The notes: a model not told the origin generated them from the letters alone. A stretch of DNA of 64,000 bases from an uncultured Clostridia bacterium (GCA_934772045.1 CAKVMH010000001.1:17006-81005); one strand, 5' to 3'. Positions 18,701 through 27,279 are shown, counted from the first letter of the stretch. Numbers and translations: made by a program.

Positions 18701-20119
18701 CTCTTTGTCTGTATCCTGCCTAAGGTCATCACTTCCCACCAATATAGTGTTTTCATTGTGATAAACACCCAGTATGTATTTTACGCCACTACATACATAG
18801 CAGTCAGCATCATTTATCACAAATGAATATGTGCTGGTTACACCATCTATGCCCTTGATTTTCCATTGTTTAGGGTATCCCTCATAAGGTGCCACTTCAA
18901 CAACTGGCGTATTTTCGTTAACAACGATAGTAGGCGGTGATGGCAATTCCGTTCCTTCTTTAAACCAACTTACCGACGGCTGGCCAGATTTTGTTGGTTC
19001 AAATTTCACAGTGTATCTCGGGTAAATATATGCAACTACAAACACATTATTGCATTTTAAGCTACCTAGTGCATTTTCTCCATAGGCATCCGTACCCCAT
19101 TCTCCTAAATTTTCTCCACTTGAGTCAAAAATAGTCGTTGTATTATCTTTATTTTCACCGATTGACACAATAACCTTGTCGAATTTAAACTTGAAACCAT
19201 CATTTTCACTTTTAATTGTGTTTGTAATTGTAGTTTCTTTTCCGTCTACAGTAGCTGTTAATTTAAGCTCACAATCTGTGGTATAGTCAGTTTCACTAGG
19301 TTCACACACCGCTAATGTGGTGTAATCAAAATTGATTATATTTGTTTTTTCATACCAGTAAAATTTATAAGTTTCTATAAATTCGCCGGTATTTGCACTT
19401 CTCAAATCATAGCTGACTTTGTAGTCTTTAGGCCACTGGTTACTGGTTTTTAAAATTATTTTGCAAATAAATTCATCGTTAGCTGACGGATTTTGTTCAT
19501 ATGCATATGTAATTGATTCTTTATACTTCAGCCAATCAAATGAAGCACCATTTCTTATTATGGAATTATTAAGATTGAAACCATACCCGTAAAAGTACCC
19601 CTTTTGTATTTCTGAATCCGTTGGCTCAAACAACAAAGGAACTTCCTTTTGGTAAACTTTAAATTTATCTGTATAACCAGCGGTTATGCTTTTTATTTCA
19701 TTCTCTGCAGTGTCGCTTCCAATGTATACTTTAACTAAAAAGTCAACTGTTCTCCATTTCTCAAACTGCCTTAATGTTGGCAAACCACCATTGTATTCAT
19801 TCGTCCTAGGCTGGTACCACACAGAACCAGTTGTTCCAGGTTCAACACTGATAACCCAGCCCAATGTATCTTTGTAAAAAGTAGATGAGTTTACTTTGCT
19901 TTCTTCCTGCGCCCCCACTTTTAATTGCAATGAAGTATCATTTTTATCTTCCACATTCAAATTGTAATAAGCAGTGGGGATTGTTTCAGTTTCTGCCGAC
20001 ACCGCTGGCATATTTTTTGTTTTACTTAAACTCATCAGCCCAAACGCAAAAATAGAAACAACAATCATTAACATTGTCGTCAAAATATAAGTTTTTGTTT
20101 TCCCCTTTCCAAAACTCAT
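12770..20119 (-). CDS. Giant (2449 aa) secreted/surface protein, no recognised domain
   Basis: Uninterrupted 7.35-kb ORF; GAGGGGG SD; N-terminal signal/anchor (ILTTMLMIVVSIFAFGLMSL...AVSA); N/T/Y/G/V-rich beta-type composition; DPGPDPNPNPPDPD linker around residue 500; no LPXTG or lipobox. Confidence 0.8.
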   Translation of the reverse strand: MSFGKGKTKTYILTTMLMIVVSIFAFGLMSLSKTKNMPAVSAETETIPTAYYNLNVEDKNDTSLQLKVGAQEESKVNSSTFYKDTLGWVISVEPGTTGSVWYQPRTNEYNGGLPTLRQFEKWRTVDFLVKVYIGSDTAENEIKSITAGYTDKFKVYQKEVPLLFEPTDSEIQKGYFYGYGFNLNNSIIRNGASFDWLKYKESITYAYEQNPSANDEFICKIILKTSNQWPKDYKVSYDLRSANTGEFIETYKFYWYEKTNIINFDYTTLAVCEPSETDYTTDCELKLTATVDGKETTITNTIKSENDGFKFKFDKVIVSIGENKDNTTTIFDSSGENLGEWGTDAYGENALGSLKCNNVFVVAYIYPRYTVKFEPTKSGQPSVSWFKEGTELPSPPTIVVNENTPVVEVAPYEGYPKQWKIKGIDGVTSTYSFVINDADCYVCSGVKYILGVYHNENTILVGSDDLRQDTDKEAYKTSINSIIQLQFVHLIDPGPDPNPNPPDPDKLLPDLHFRIKGIQPETVQPDGRTILGADWKETSTAGTQVWEAFDYYVGLGTKIKNEGNYVSTQSAQFQFGAYKKGNKINYTVTLSLWQGYRLKSITFEAENSKTGINSSVGTGTTFEFARYDSLTITAEIELIEYDFALGYTIKDSVKAGNEGARYSSEISKDNKPYSVNGVDYLDAVKNMLSKINVLYYKYLPNDDSSLKAFFGEDYEPLVKEAVFNGWLLDIDAIQSYGYQRQDETNKWVIWVKDGNGNDTAQSRYWVEFVTDGGTTTTFNGKTYVKVTQVRGFGGESGDTPNNVFDKGNVQGKPTNEPVMFNMIVIPSWSMKYNVEIDNSKTKWTEIDKENDLYGISANGNKVEADNGSIKVKFTLDATTTMAFAYSSKDTAFTKYSDLKSNPNLSLTFIDNANRYTIYNYGFDVVGYTISFKYNNRTYYIYIDGNDWGKEDSIDQHTVNITSLFGADGNRVTIRKSLASMIEAINTWTLGDYTFASTIITIQPVWNPVKIKLTGKFEGEEKVISYMDTYKLEVGKHATIGKSIAYYTAGESIVVCDDGNGAGLPWLYTNITTSNYKYNVENKNIFDFENLCYSLALTEHEVDNIYKVKLINTDNAELSEDGAGTDYVGGTIANSPDVYYYTEWVTCKYSDQDENKIDLYKNKPTENYANIFGAQVSKYKVGTVNYDYTTTGEDVTNAHDYYLRTVYTNADGSMFIYLLNDHVIGDLRLVKPYYNLISWRYNGADGKCNFTTTIYDEKSEGQKNAVSVVDKIFACTADVWTLNCDEETVTFGNLNLSPIFYREQYNLDVNTIVEGLQGFYGYVQLELVDNGNAENNASYIIKFNDAGGFDMYKYIGKDAQNTAGSDVSKLSSSGWVLAHGEKSIVIYPGCEIRVNVYDQSKVTDMGKTNDYYDDMIGYRFAGVLGVQMNNGKGTITKEKADSLSYAFTLHTNDTTISDGLQTILFKAKYEDGTDVELIKLHDNDEISANVTFEPINYSTTVEMRDELVKQVTNSGNIIITNNLTNANGTYKTYNLNLKRGSRFSIYYHAFAGFGLQTPAFSLNEYTGTILKTKTELSSLDMDGTPALVGNDQTYILNMSGAWLRNFYYRENTSYSADKNQGLGNLTINVEYITFSVKYVVYETDDYTTPISNGEVRSNWTLPDVLNWTMPYNALNDSTGAFVTNYMLINENKYAILNAWGYQPRAITEYSLLRQQYNFALTEKPVYSKAIDTDTLYRMVETSAGVIVPEDKRTFTIVVEVSPIYEITMQIEPGKLMGAVPEDQPNDTNCTERSMTISNGVNNNNSRTLTVESVGGVSTIYTHKKLSNSVSAEWNNKYYTSVSFTSNLGEEISSSFTVNGDCTIYANFIPTTLPFGVNYYYQNEGKYITEEQLQEYVTNLQIKIARGELCGITNNADGSHVVANDTITLSYTLNNLYHLEVLVNGAGGRMNSSNQIKVSTADYEASEVLLTLVISDRKKGQINLVVSPDNSNGAVFHNEDLQAMENFASLYISGTDKGKQGSFLEGLKVEIRLGTIPNGYRFVGVKQNYGNINTAWKPVGNTITITNGNCPDGLTNDEFINSISGTYYVLFQKVLINTKMELVTDNLDNYTYSINGNQAVKIDVGNLVLSAGSCSINDTITLVRKSDLANEALIKFYYVNNGVEKEIGTTSPATLKIDTALISSLAGNYNDNNKTITLKIRNIRKYNITFTVSEGAEYLNEISVDDTKLDGNTTFVSQYINANSTANIKISSILKEKFTIAISGGATATSDEIDTTVTMNNNLVIDVKITKNTFALSTSENLYADIMELNNKNPHQLTGNDVVNKNAGKNYSYNTEVKLDFLTNATTEGEKVQLTELHFVDELLTFTFNMNWNGDLTDTVKVADKDGNALLNVDVSKVGNAIQITYTLDGQVYVYKIQQTSSGAQLSFMGQGDAELNLTYTAIKLIENTTI

Positions 20120-20509
20120 GTTCCCCCTCGTTTTTCACCCAAACAAGTTAGGTAATGTTATTTAAATTTTTAAATAACCTTCCCGTCTTTAATGCCATGC
20201 ACAAAATAACAAAACATCGGAAACTAATTCAAAATACATTTATGCAATAGATAAAACATCAAAGGCAATCCGGTTACACGTGCAAAACAAATTTCGCCAA
20301 TATTTAATTTTAGTTTACCACATTCGCTTTCTTTTTACAAATAATTACAAAATCTTTTCAAATAAATATTTATAAATATTTCTTCACACTGTACACATAA
20401 ATATGTGTTTAACATTAAGTCAAAGTCATCATTGCAAAATACCACATAAATCACGTAAACTAAATCTTCATATCACCCTAAGCGTGGGCAAATATATTAT
20501 ACTAAGTAT

Positions 20510-20560
20510 GTCACCCTGAACGAATGTGAATGGTCTTGCACGTTGTGCTTTTAAAGAATT
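20510..20560. repeat. MITE-like repeat, truncated/degenerate copy D
   Basis: GTCACCCTGAACGAATGTGAATGGTCTTGCACGTTGTGCTTTTAAAGAAT matches the left half of the element; flank AAATATATTATACTAAGTAT also matches the B1 flank. Confidence 0.6.
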
Positions 20561-20822
20561 TCACAATATGCACCATGTGTTGTTATTAATAAAATTAGTC
20601 AATAAGCAAGCACTAAATGTCACAAAAAAAATTAAAAATTCACACAAATTACCAAAAATATGCAAATTTTTAATGTTTTTTCATATATTTTTTAATTTTT
20701 TTTAAAATTTTCACTAAAATTTTATTTTTCTATCAATGTTTTAATTTATATTTTGATGTTTTTACAAATTTCAATGCGAATTTAAACATCATATATTAGC
20801 ATTTTTAATATCAATTAAAATG

Positions 20823-21950
20823 CTATTTTATCAATTCGTTAATTCTTCCCCCGCCGTAGCACATTCCATTTTCGTCGTACAAAACAGCAAATTGCCCAAT
20901 GGTAACTGCACGCTGACGTTCAGCAAATAACAGTTTGATTGTATGTTCATCAACAATTTCAACCTTTGTTGCTTGGTCTGGCTGACGATATCTAAGTTTT
21001 ACAAAACAATCAAAATCTTTATTTGGCATGTCAGCAATCCAATTAAAATCAGTAACAATGCAACCTGAACTATACATTTCATCACACTCACCACAATGCA
21101 CAAACAAAGTGTTTGTTTTAACATCTTTTTTAACAACAAACCACCTGTCGGCTTCATAGCCGTTTTTGCCACCAATATTTAAGCCTCTACGTTGCCCAAT
21201 TGTATAGTACATCACGCCATCATGTTTCCCAACAAGGTTGCCATCTAGGTCACGAATATCACCTGGTTGAGCTGGCAAAAATGTTTTCAAAAACTGCCTA
21301 AAGTTGCGCTCGCCGATAAAGCAAATCCCAGTGCTATCCTTCTTTTCAGCGGTACTTAAACCCAATTCTTTTGCTATTTGCCTTACTTCAGTTTTATCAA
21401 TGTCTGCCAGTGGGAACAATGTCTTTTTAAGTTGGCTTTGGTTTAATTGATTAAGGAAATATGTTTGATCCTTGTTTTTATCATGCGACTTATATAAGTA
21501 AACTTTACCGTCTTTATCCACACGTTTGCAATAGTGCCCTGTGGCAATATAATCCGCCCCCAATTCCATAGCATGTTTTAAAAATGGTCCAAACTTGATT
21601 TCCTTATTGCACATTACATCAGGGTTAGGTGTGTATCCCTTTTCATACTCTTCCAAAAAATAACTGAACACCCTTTCTTTATACTCTTTTGCATAATTAA
21701 CAGTGTAATAAGGTATACCGATTTTATTTGCAACCCTTTTAACATCCTCAAAATCTTGTTCCGCTGTGCAATTTCCATTAGGGTCAGTTTCTTCCCAATT
21801 CAACATAAATAAACCAATAACATTGTAACCTTGTTTTTTTAATAAATAAGCAGCCACCGAACTATCTACACCGCCAGACAACCCTACAACAACCGTTTTA
21901 TTTATATTAGAAACCGACGTACCATTTTCACCTTTTAAATCTTGTTGCAT
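20823..21950 (-). CDS. mnmA: tRNA-specific 2-thiouridylase
   Basis: PP-loop GLSGGVDSSVAA; full-length MnmA-like sequence (TGHY, CFIGE motifs). Confidence 0.9.
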   Translation of the reverse strand: MQQDLKGENGTSVSNINKTVVVGLSGGVDSSVAAYLLKKQGYNVIGLFMLNWEETDPNGNCTAEQDFEDVKRVANKIGIPYYTVNYAKEYKERVFSYFLEEYEKGYTPNPDVMCNKEIKFGPFLKHAMELGADYIATGHYCKRVDKDGKVYLYKSHDKNKDQTYFLNQLNQSQLKKTLFPLADIDKTEVRQIAKELGLSTAEKKDSTGICFIGERNFRQFLKTFLPAQPGDIRDLDGNLVGKHDGVMYYTIGQRRGLNIGGKNGYEADRWFVVKKDVKTNTLFVHCGECDEMYSSGCIVTDFNWIADMPNKDFDCFVKLRYRQPDQATKVEIVDEHTIKLLFAERQRAVTIGQFAVLYDENGMCYGGGRINELIK

Positions 21951-22185
21951 AAATCTCCTTAATAATTTTCAAATATCTCATTTAAAATTAATTAAATCCT
22001 ATAATAAATATGTCTTTAATTAAATTAAAACATTTTTTATTTATTTTTAATTAAACATCAATCAAAATCACTAAAATTTCATAAAAATTAATTATTTTTA
22101 TAATTTTAACGCAATTTTTATTATTTTTTATATGTTTTTTATTTTTTATTAATTATTTTGTTTATTATTTTCATTTTTTATTTAT

Positions 22186-22440
22186 TCTATCTCTACACTT
22201 ACTGGCATTTTGTACTTGTCAAAAATGATATTAATAATAAATTTTTTGTCTTCTTCAATGAACCTTCTCTTTTTTTCAATCATTCTATCTCTACACTTAC
22301 CGGTATTTTGAATTTGTCAAAAATGATATTAATAATAAATTTTTGTCTTCTTCAATGAACTTTCTCTTTTTTCAATTATCCCATCTCTACACTTACTGGC
22401 ATTTTGTACTTGTCAAAAATGATATTAATAATATCAAACA
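22186..22440 (-). repeat. Tandem repeat (about 96-98 bp x about 2.6) duplicating the 3' end of the TM2 gene
   Basis: ATCTCTACACTTAC[TC]GG[CT]ATTTTG[TA]A[CT]TTGTCAAAAATGATATTAATAATA recurs at 22189, 22287 and 22383. Confidence 0.85.
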
Positions 22441-22849
22441 GCCACATAACAAGAACCGCGCCCCAAATCAAAACTAAGACAGATAAAACTTCATTCACAA
22501 AGCCAGAAGCGACAATTTTGAACACGACCGTTAAGACAGCATTTGCAACACCAATAAGGAAAAATGCTGAACAAAATATCCCACGGACATAGCGCCCAAC
22601 ATAATAATTATGCGCACCCATAAAGCCTAAGAAAATCGCGAGCAACAAAAGTTTTGTTTTACTCACATCTGTTGGGCAACCTGTGCGAAACAAAACATCG
22701 TCGCGTCTGCCTTCTTTTAATGCCTTTTTGCCTGCCTTATTTGTTGCCGAATTAAATTTTGAAAAATTCAATTCACACGCAGAACATATGTTAGCACTTA
22801 TCGGCAATTTTTCCCCACACCTTGGGCATCGTTTCGTTAATTTTTTCAT
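22376..22849 (-). CDS. Zinc-ribbon plus TM2-domain membrane protein
   Basis: N-terminal CPRCG...CSAC ribbon; TM2-like hydrophobic core (LLLLAIFLGFMGAHNYYVGRYVRG). Confidence 0.75.
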   Translation of the reverse strand: MKKLTKRCPRCGEKLPISANICSACELNFSKFNSATNKAGKKALKEGRRDDVLFRTGCPTDVSKTKLLLLAIFLGFMGAHNYYVGRYVRGIFCSAFFLIGVANAVLTVVFKIVASGFVNEVLSVLVLIWGAVLVMWLFDIINIIFDKYKMPVSVEMG

Positions 22850-23226
22850 GTTTATATAATAGCATAAGTCAACATATTTGTAAATATTTGAAAACTAAAA
22901 TAAAATAAATTTTGTTATGTTTTAAATTAAAACAATCAATTTAAATATTTAATTTAAATAAATTTGTATTGCAAATTTGAATTTCTCAATAAAAATATAA
23001 AAAATTAAATAATTTAAACGTCATAAATAACTTAATTATAAAATAATGTTTAAAATATATTTTTTATTGATTATGCCAGTATTTATTAATAAATATCATT
23101 TTGCAAATAAAGAAATAATAAATTTTTTTTTAAAAAATAATTAAAATGCTAGATTTTTTAATAAAAATTATATAAAATATAATAAATTAAATTATTTTTT
23201 ATAATTTTTAAAATAAAGGAGTAATT

Positions 23227-23649
23227 ATGATTATATTATCATGCGACCACGCAGGCTATGATGCGATGCAAAAAATTAAAACCTTTTTTGACAACAAAAA
23301 GATTGAATATAAATACATGGGGCCTGCGACGCTTGACAAGGATGACGACTACCCTGACTTAATCAACCCAGCAACTGAAGAAGTTTTAAAAGATAAAGAC
23401 AATTGCGGGATTTTCCTATGCGGTTCAGGTGTAGGTGCAAATATCGTTGCAAATAGGCACAAAGGTATTCGTGCAGTCAATGCGTACGATTGTGCCATTG
23501 CTTACCTTGCAAGGAAAGATGAAGACGCCAACGTTTTAACCATGGGGGCAAGGCTACTATCTGTTAGAAGCATGATTAAAATAATCAAAGTGTTTTTAAC
23601 AAGTGAATTTGAAGGTGGACGTCACCTTAGGCGCATTTCAAAATATTAA
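23227..23649 (+). CDS. rpiB: Ribose-5-phosphate isomerase B (RpiB/LacAB family)
   Basis: 140-aa ORF, AAGGAG SD; CDHAG, GIFLCGSGVG and ANVLTMGAR motifs. Confidence 0.85.
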   Translation: MIILSCDHAGYDAMQKIKTFFDNKKIEYKYMGPATLDKDDDYPDLINPATEEVLKDKDNCGIFLCGSGVGANIVANRHKGIRAVNAYDCAIAYLARKDEDANVLTMGARLLSVRSMIKIIKVFLTSEFEGGRHLRRISKY

Positions 23650-23780
23650 ACTAATTTTGTAATAAACAAATTGTTTATAAACCATAAAATAATTTTAAAA
23701 ACAATAACATTTCACATAATAAAATTAAAAAAACAAATTCACTCGCCTTCACTTTTAAACACTGTACGTTGTTAGACCAC

Positions 23781-23833
23781 GATAAACCAATTTATTTCGC
23801 CGACGCTAATAAATCTAAATTATTGTTAATCAC
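23781..23833 (+). repeat. 52-bp hairpin repeat unit (dispersed family), single copy
   Basis: GATAAACCAATTTATTTCGCCGACGCTAATAAATCTAAATTATTGTTAATCAC followed by AATAAAAA plus terminator. Confidence 0.6.
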
Positions 23834-23840
23834 AATAAAA

Positions 23841-23869
23841 ATATACACCGCTAAAATTTAGGTGTATAT
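23841..23869. terminator. Bidirectional terminator (rpiB / radical-SAM gene)
   Basis: ATATACACC-...-GGTGTATAT then T-run; the 3' arm overlaps the end of the minus-strand CDS. Confidence 0.7.
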
Positions 23870-24747
23870 TTTTTACAATCTGCGCTTGATAAATCTTGCG
23901 TATAGCAATTCATTAAATTTAATTTGACTGCATGATTAACAACCCTTTTATATTCGATTGGTGTAATTTTCCTGTTAATTTCAGGATAATCCTTTGCATT
24001 AAAAACTGGTTCATATTGGCTCATTAAACTGACACATGCCGACTTACCAATTTCGTTTGCAACAAAGTCTAAACATTTTAAACTATCAGTTGAATGGGTT
24101 GGTAAAACTAAATGCCGTATAATTACACCTTTTTTCATCAGCCCATTTTCGTAAATATTTTTAGATTGTTGCCTAAACATTTCCTTAATTACAGCTTGGT
24201 TATTTTGTACATAATTATCCGCTTTGCTGTAACGCTTTGCCAATTCATTAGATGCGTATTTTAAATCAACAAGATAAATATCAACAAAGCCTTCCAACTT
24301 TTTTATAGTTTCTACCGATTCATATCCCCCACTATTCCACACCACTGGGATTTTGGGTTTATAAATTTTTAATGCTTTCAAAATTTGCTCAGTAAAATGT
24401 GTTGGTGTAACAAGGTTGATGTTATACGCCCCCATTAGCTCCAAGTTTTTAATTGTTTCAACCAATTTATCAATTGAATATATTTTGCCTTTCCCAAAAT
24501 AACTAATCTCATAATTTTGGCAAAACACACATTTTAAATTGCACCCAGCAAAAAATATTGCACCACTTCCCACGCCGTTTTCTAAGCCACTTATACAAGG
24601 TTCTTCAAAATGGTGAAGCATAACTTTGCTTATCTTAACATTATCATCAGCACCGCAAAAACCTTTCGTCTTTGTCCTATTCACACCACATTTACGCGGA
24701 CATATATTACACACCGAATTAGTATTTTGCTTTATTTTCTTATCCAT
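23851..24747 (-). CDS. Radical SAM enzyme, pyruvate-formate-lyase-activase-like (PflX type)
   Basis: CNLKCVFCQN (CxxxCxxC) radical-SAM cluster motif plus N-terminal Cys cluster CNICPRKCGVNR...FCG; start placed at MDKKIKQ. Confidence 0.75.
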   Translation of the reverse strand: MDKKIKQNTNSVCNICPRKCGVNRTKTKGFCGADDNVKISKVMLHHFEEPCISGLENGVGSGAIFFAGCNLKCVFCQNYEISYFGKGKIYSIDKLVETIKNLELMGAYNINLVTPTHFTEQILKALKIYKPKIPVVWNSGGYESVETIKKLEGFVDIYLVDLKYASNELAKRYSKADNYVQNNQAVIKEMFRQQSKNIYENGLMKKGVIIRHLVLPTHSTDSLKCLDFVANEIGKSACVSLMSQYEPVFNAKDYPEINRKITPIEYKRVVNHAVKLNLMNCYTQDLSSADCKKYTPKF

Positions 24748-24832
24748 ATTGTCAAGTTTACATCTGTTAGCAACAATTGTCAAATATGTTCTAAATTTGT
24801 GGACAAGCAAATATATTTATTTTGAGGTATTT

Positions 24833-25513
24833 ATGAAAAAGAAAATTTTAATTTTGTTTTTAGCAATTTGCTCACTTACATTTATTGCTTGCGGTAACAA
24901 AGGCCTAACACTAAAAGATTATATAATTGAAGAACGCCAAACTTTATACACCGCGCAAGACGACTTATACACAGCAAGTTTTAGTTCAGGCATGCGTGAA
25001 AGCAACTACTCATTTGACGGCGTAAAAAATGACATGGTTGAATTTGGCATAATTTGTTTCGCGCGTACAGACAGCAAAGCCATGGCAACGGATCATTACG
25101 CCTACACATTAAAAATAAACGACCAAACCTACACCGGTAATTTACAACAAAGCGAACTGGATAGTTCATATTCTGCCGACATACAAGTTTGTGCCCCAGC
25201 CGACGCAACTCTCAGTGTCCAAATTGACTTTACAGGCTACACCTTCAACAAGGATATGGCAAACACGACAGCCGAATTTGCCATTGACCACAACAAAGCG
25301 CTCGATATCGCAGGCAAAGAATTGAAACAGAGCATGAAAAATTTAAGCGCGGATAAAAACAACAAAATGGAAGCAGTGATGAAAATTGTTAAAGACACAT
25401 CAACTGAAGATAGCCACTACTATTGGTATGTTGGTGTTGTATCCACAAACGGCGATGTGCTTGGTGTACTTGTTGACAGCACAACAGGCGAAATCATCGC
25501 AAAAAAAGTTTAG
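24833..25513 (+). CDS. Lipoprotein, function unknown (PepSY-like C-terminus, tentative)
   Basis: MKKKILILFLAICSLTFIAC lipobox; GAGG SD; the ORF-track start 24626 is an artefactual extension overlapping the divergent gene. Confidence 0.7.
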   Translation: MKKKILILFLAICSLTFIACGNKGLTLKDYIIEERQTLYTAQDDLYTASFSSGMRESNYSFDGVKNDMVEFGIICFARTDSKAMATDHYAYTLKINDQTYTGNLQQSELDSSYSADIQVCAPADATLSVQIDFTGYTFNKDMANTTAEFAIDHNKALDIAGKELKQSMKNLSADKNNKMEAVMKIVKDTSTEDSHYYWYVGVVSTNGDVLGVLVDSTTGEIIAKKV

Positions 25514-25529
25514 CGACATGCTAAACTTT
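25505..25529 (+). terminator. Rho-independent terminator
   Basis: AAAGTTTAGC-gacat-GCTAAACTTT plus T-run, overlapping the stop codon. Confidence 0.7.
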
Positions 25530-25685
25530 TTTTATGCAACATCAAACTTTATTTACGAACACTTGTGAATATTGTAACTTTATTTTCACATCAAACATTT
25601 AAAGCATAATTAAAGTTTTTAAAATTTATAAACTAAAAGCACGCAAAATCAACAAAACTTAATTCATTCCAAAGTAAGCGCAAAC

Positions 25686-26126
25686 TTAAAATGTACCTGA
25701 TATAATCTTTTCAACAATATCCTTGTTGTCGTCAATCAAATCAAATGCTTCAATCATTGCTTCGTCCATATCTTCATTTTGCAAATAATCTTTAATGCGA
25801 TTGACAAAATTAATACCATTATATTTAACAAACCTCAATTCAGCAGGCGCGATAATAAGCTTTAAATTTAGAATATCACTCACCGCTTGAGCACTAACTG
25901 TCGCATAAAACTTAAAAAATTTATTTTTACAATTATATATGTTCCTAATACCAATAGCTTTGCACAACCTTATAACGCAAAGTTCTTTAACTGCACGGTC
26001 AAAAGATTGTTCGGTAAGGTTTGGCATTTCCATTTGTAGGAAGGTGCAAACCCTAGAAAGCATTTCATTTTCTTCGCTTGAACGAGATTTATTCGTAATA
26101 ATTAAATTAATGTTATTTGTTTCCAT
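25686..26126 (-). CDS. Hypothetical protein (146 aa)
   Basis: ORF only; no family recognised. Confidence 0.4.
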   Translation of the reverse strand: METNNINLIITNKSRSSEENEMLSRVCTFLQMEMPNLTEQSFDRAVKELCVIRLCKAIGIRNIYNCKNKFFKFYATVSAQAVSDILNLKLIIAPAELRFVKYNGINFVNRIKDYLQNEDMDEAMIEAFDLIDDNKDIVEKIISGTF

Positions 26127-26179
26127 ATCTTCACTATATAATATTTTTGTACAAAAGTCAACATTTTGTACAAAAAAAT

Positions 26180-26521
26180 TTAAATATTTGAAACGTTCGC
26201 AAGCTCTTGATGTTCACGCTCGTAACGACACTTCATTTCTTTATACTTTTCGCTCAAATCAAATATGTATTTTTGTTTGCCTTCAATTGACAAGGTGCTG
26301 TAATACTTATTGTCAATAAGTTCTTTAATAGGATTAATTACAATGCTGTCACTGTTCAAAATCTTGCAAACGCGCTCATATAACTCTTGTTCCTTTTCAC
26401 TCAACCCGAGTTTCGCATATGGCAGTTGTTCAAAAACCGACCTTTCCTTATTAAAGTTTTTCATTCTGTTTTTTGCATCTCTTGCTAAAAAGTAAAGTTT
26501 GCCTTTTATCTTTTTTTTCAT
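26180..26521 (-). CDS. Hypothetical protein (113 aa, K/E-rich)
   Basis: ORF only; no family recognised. Confidence 0.4.
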   Translation of the reverse strand: MKKKIKGKLYFLARDAKNRMKNFNKERSVFEQLPYAKLGLSEKEQELYERVCKILNSDSIVINPIKELIDNKYYSTLSIEGKQKYIFDLSEKYKEMKCRYEREHQELANVSNI

Positions 26522-26802
26522 ATCTACATCTATCCCCCTTGTTAGCTAGGATACAAAAAAGACCGATTTAAATAAACTGTTTTCGTCAAATTATTTTGTC
26601 TTATTTAAGGTTTATGTGTTGTTTTTCATAATTTTTGTCGAATTCAACAAAAATCAAATTTTAACAAAACTTTTTCTCGCCCAAAAGAAATATTTTAAAC
26701 TATCATAATCTTATTTTTAATTAAAACACATTTTACTTTTATGCCATTTTAACATTATTAAAATCGTTGAACACACTTTCAACTTTTATGAAGCACGTGA
26801 AA

Positions 26803-26823
26803 AAAGTGGGTTTCCCCACTTTA
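26803..26823 (-). terminator. Rho-independent terminator
   Basis: AAGTGGG-tttc-CCCACTT with flanking A/T runs. Confidence 0.7.
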
Positions 26824-26841
26824 AATTTTTGAATAAAATTT

Positions 26842-27279
26842 TTAAAACTTATGTCCGCAATGAGCACAATATTCAGCTTCTGGGTCACTTTTACCTTTGC
26901 AAAGTGGACAAACACGTTTGCCAGTTGGAGTTTGTTTAGCCCCACAATGTGTGCAAAATTCAGCGTCTTTATCTAAAAGCTTGCCACATTTATCACAAAG
27001 CCTGTCATGGTCAACACCTTTTGCATATCCAATATCACGCACGCTTTTCCTAAAACCAGACATGCCTGCACTTACAATAAGCATAGCCAACCCTAACATC
27101 AAAAGCGACAATGCAACAACAATTGCCACTGCAAGGATAACATATTTTGACCAATGGCTCATTTTAATAACCGCAAAAACACCGCCAAAGCCAGCACCTA
27201 CAGCCAAAGCCAAAACCAAAATTGCAACAAGGATTAAAGTTCCTTTGCCATAGCGCTTTTCCCTATACCTAAAACACAT
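26842..27279 (-). CDS. Membrane protein with two C-terminal zinc ribbons
   Basis: Two or three TM helices then CDKCG..CTHCG and CPLCK..CAHCG. Confidence 0.65.
   Translation of the reverse strand: MCFRYREKRYGKGTLILVAILVLALAVGAGFGGVFAVIKMSHWSKYVILAVAIVVALSLLMLGLAMLIVSAGMSGFRKSVRDIGYAKGVDHDRLCDKCGKLLDKDAEFCTHCGAKQTPTGKRVCPLCKGKSDPEAEYCAHCGHKF

Noticed and set aside
13194-19877. Several plus-strand ORFs (62-178 aa) inside the giant gene
   Set aside because: All lie antisense within one continuous 7.35-kb ORF. They have no SDs and a hydrophobic, junk-like composition.
22186-22440. CRISPR-like array (also considered for 56694-56854 and 45471-45626)
   Set aside because: The repeat units are contiguous or separated by homologous spacers. 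Unit sizes (52-98 bp) and content do not fit a repeat-spacer architecture, and there are no cas genes.
24626-24832. N-terminal 69-aa extension of the lipoprotein ORF
   Set aside because: It overlaps the divergent radical-SAM gene on the opposite strand. The true start is the SD-preceded MKKKIL.. signal peptide at 24833.
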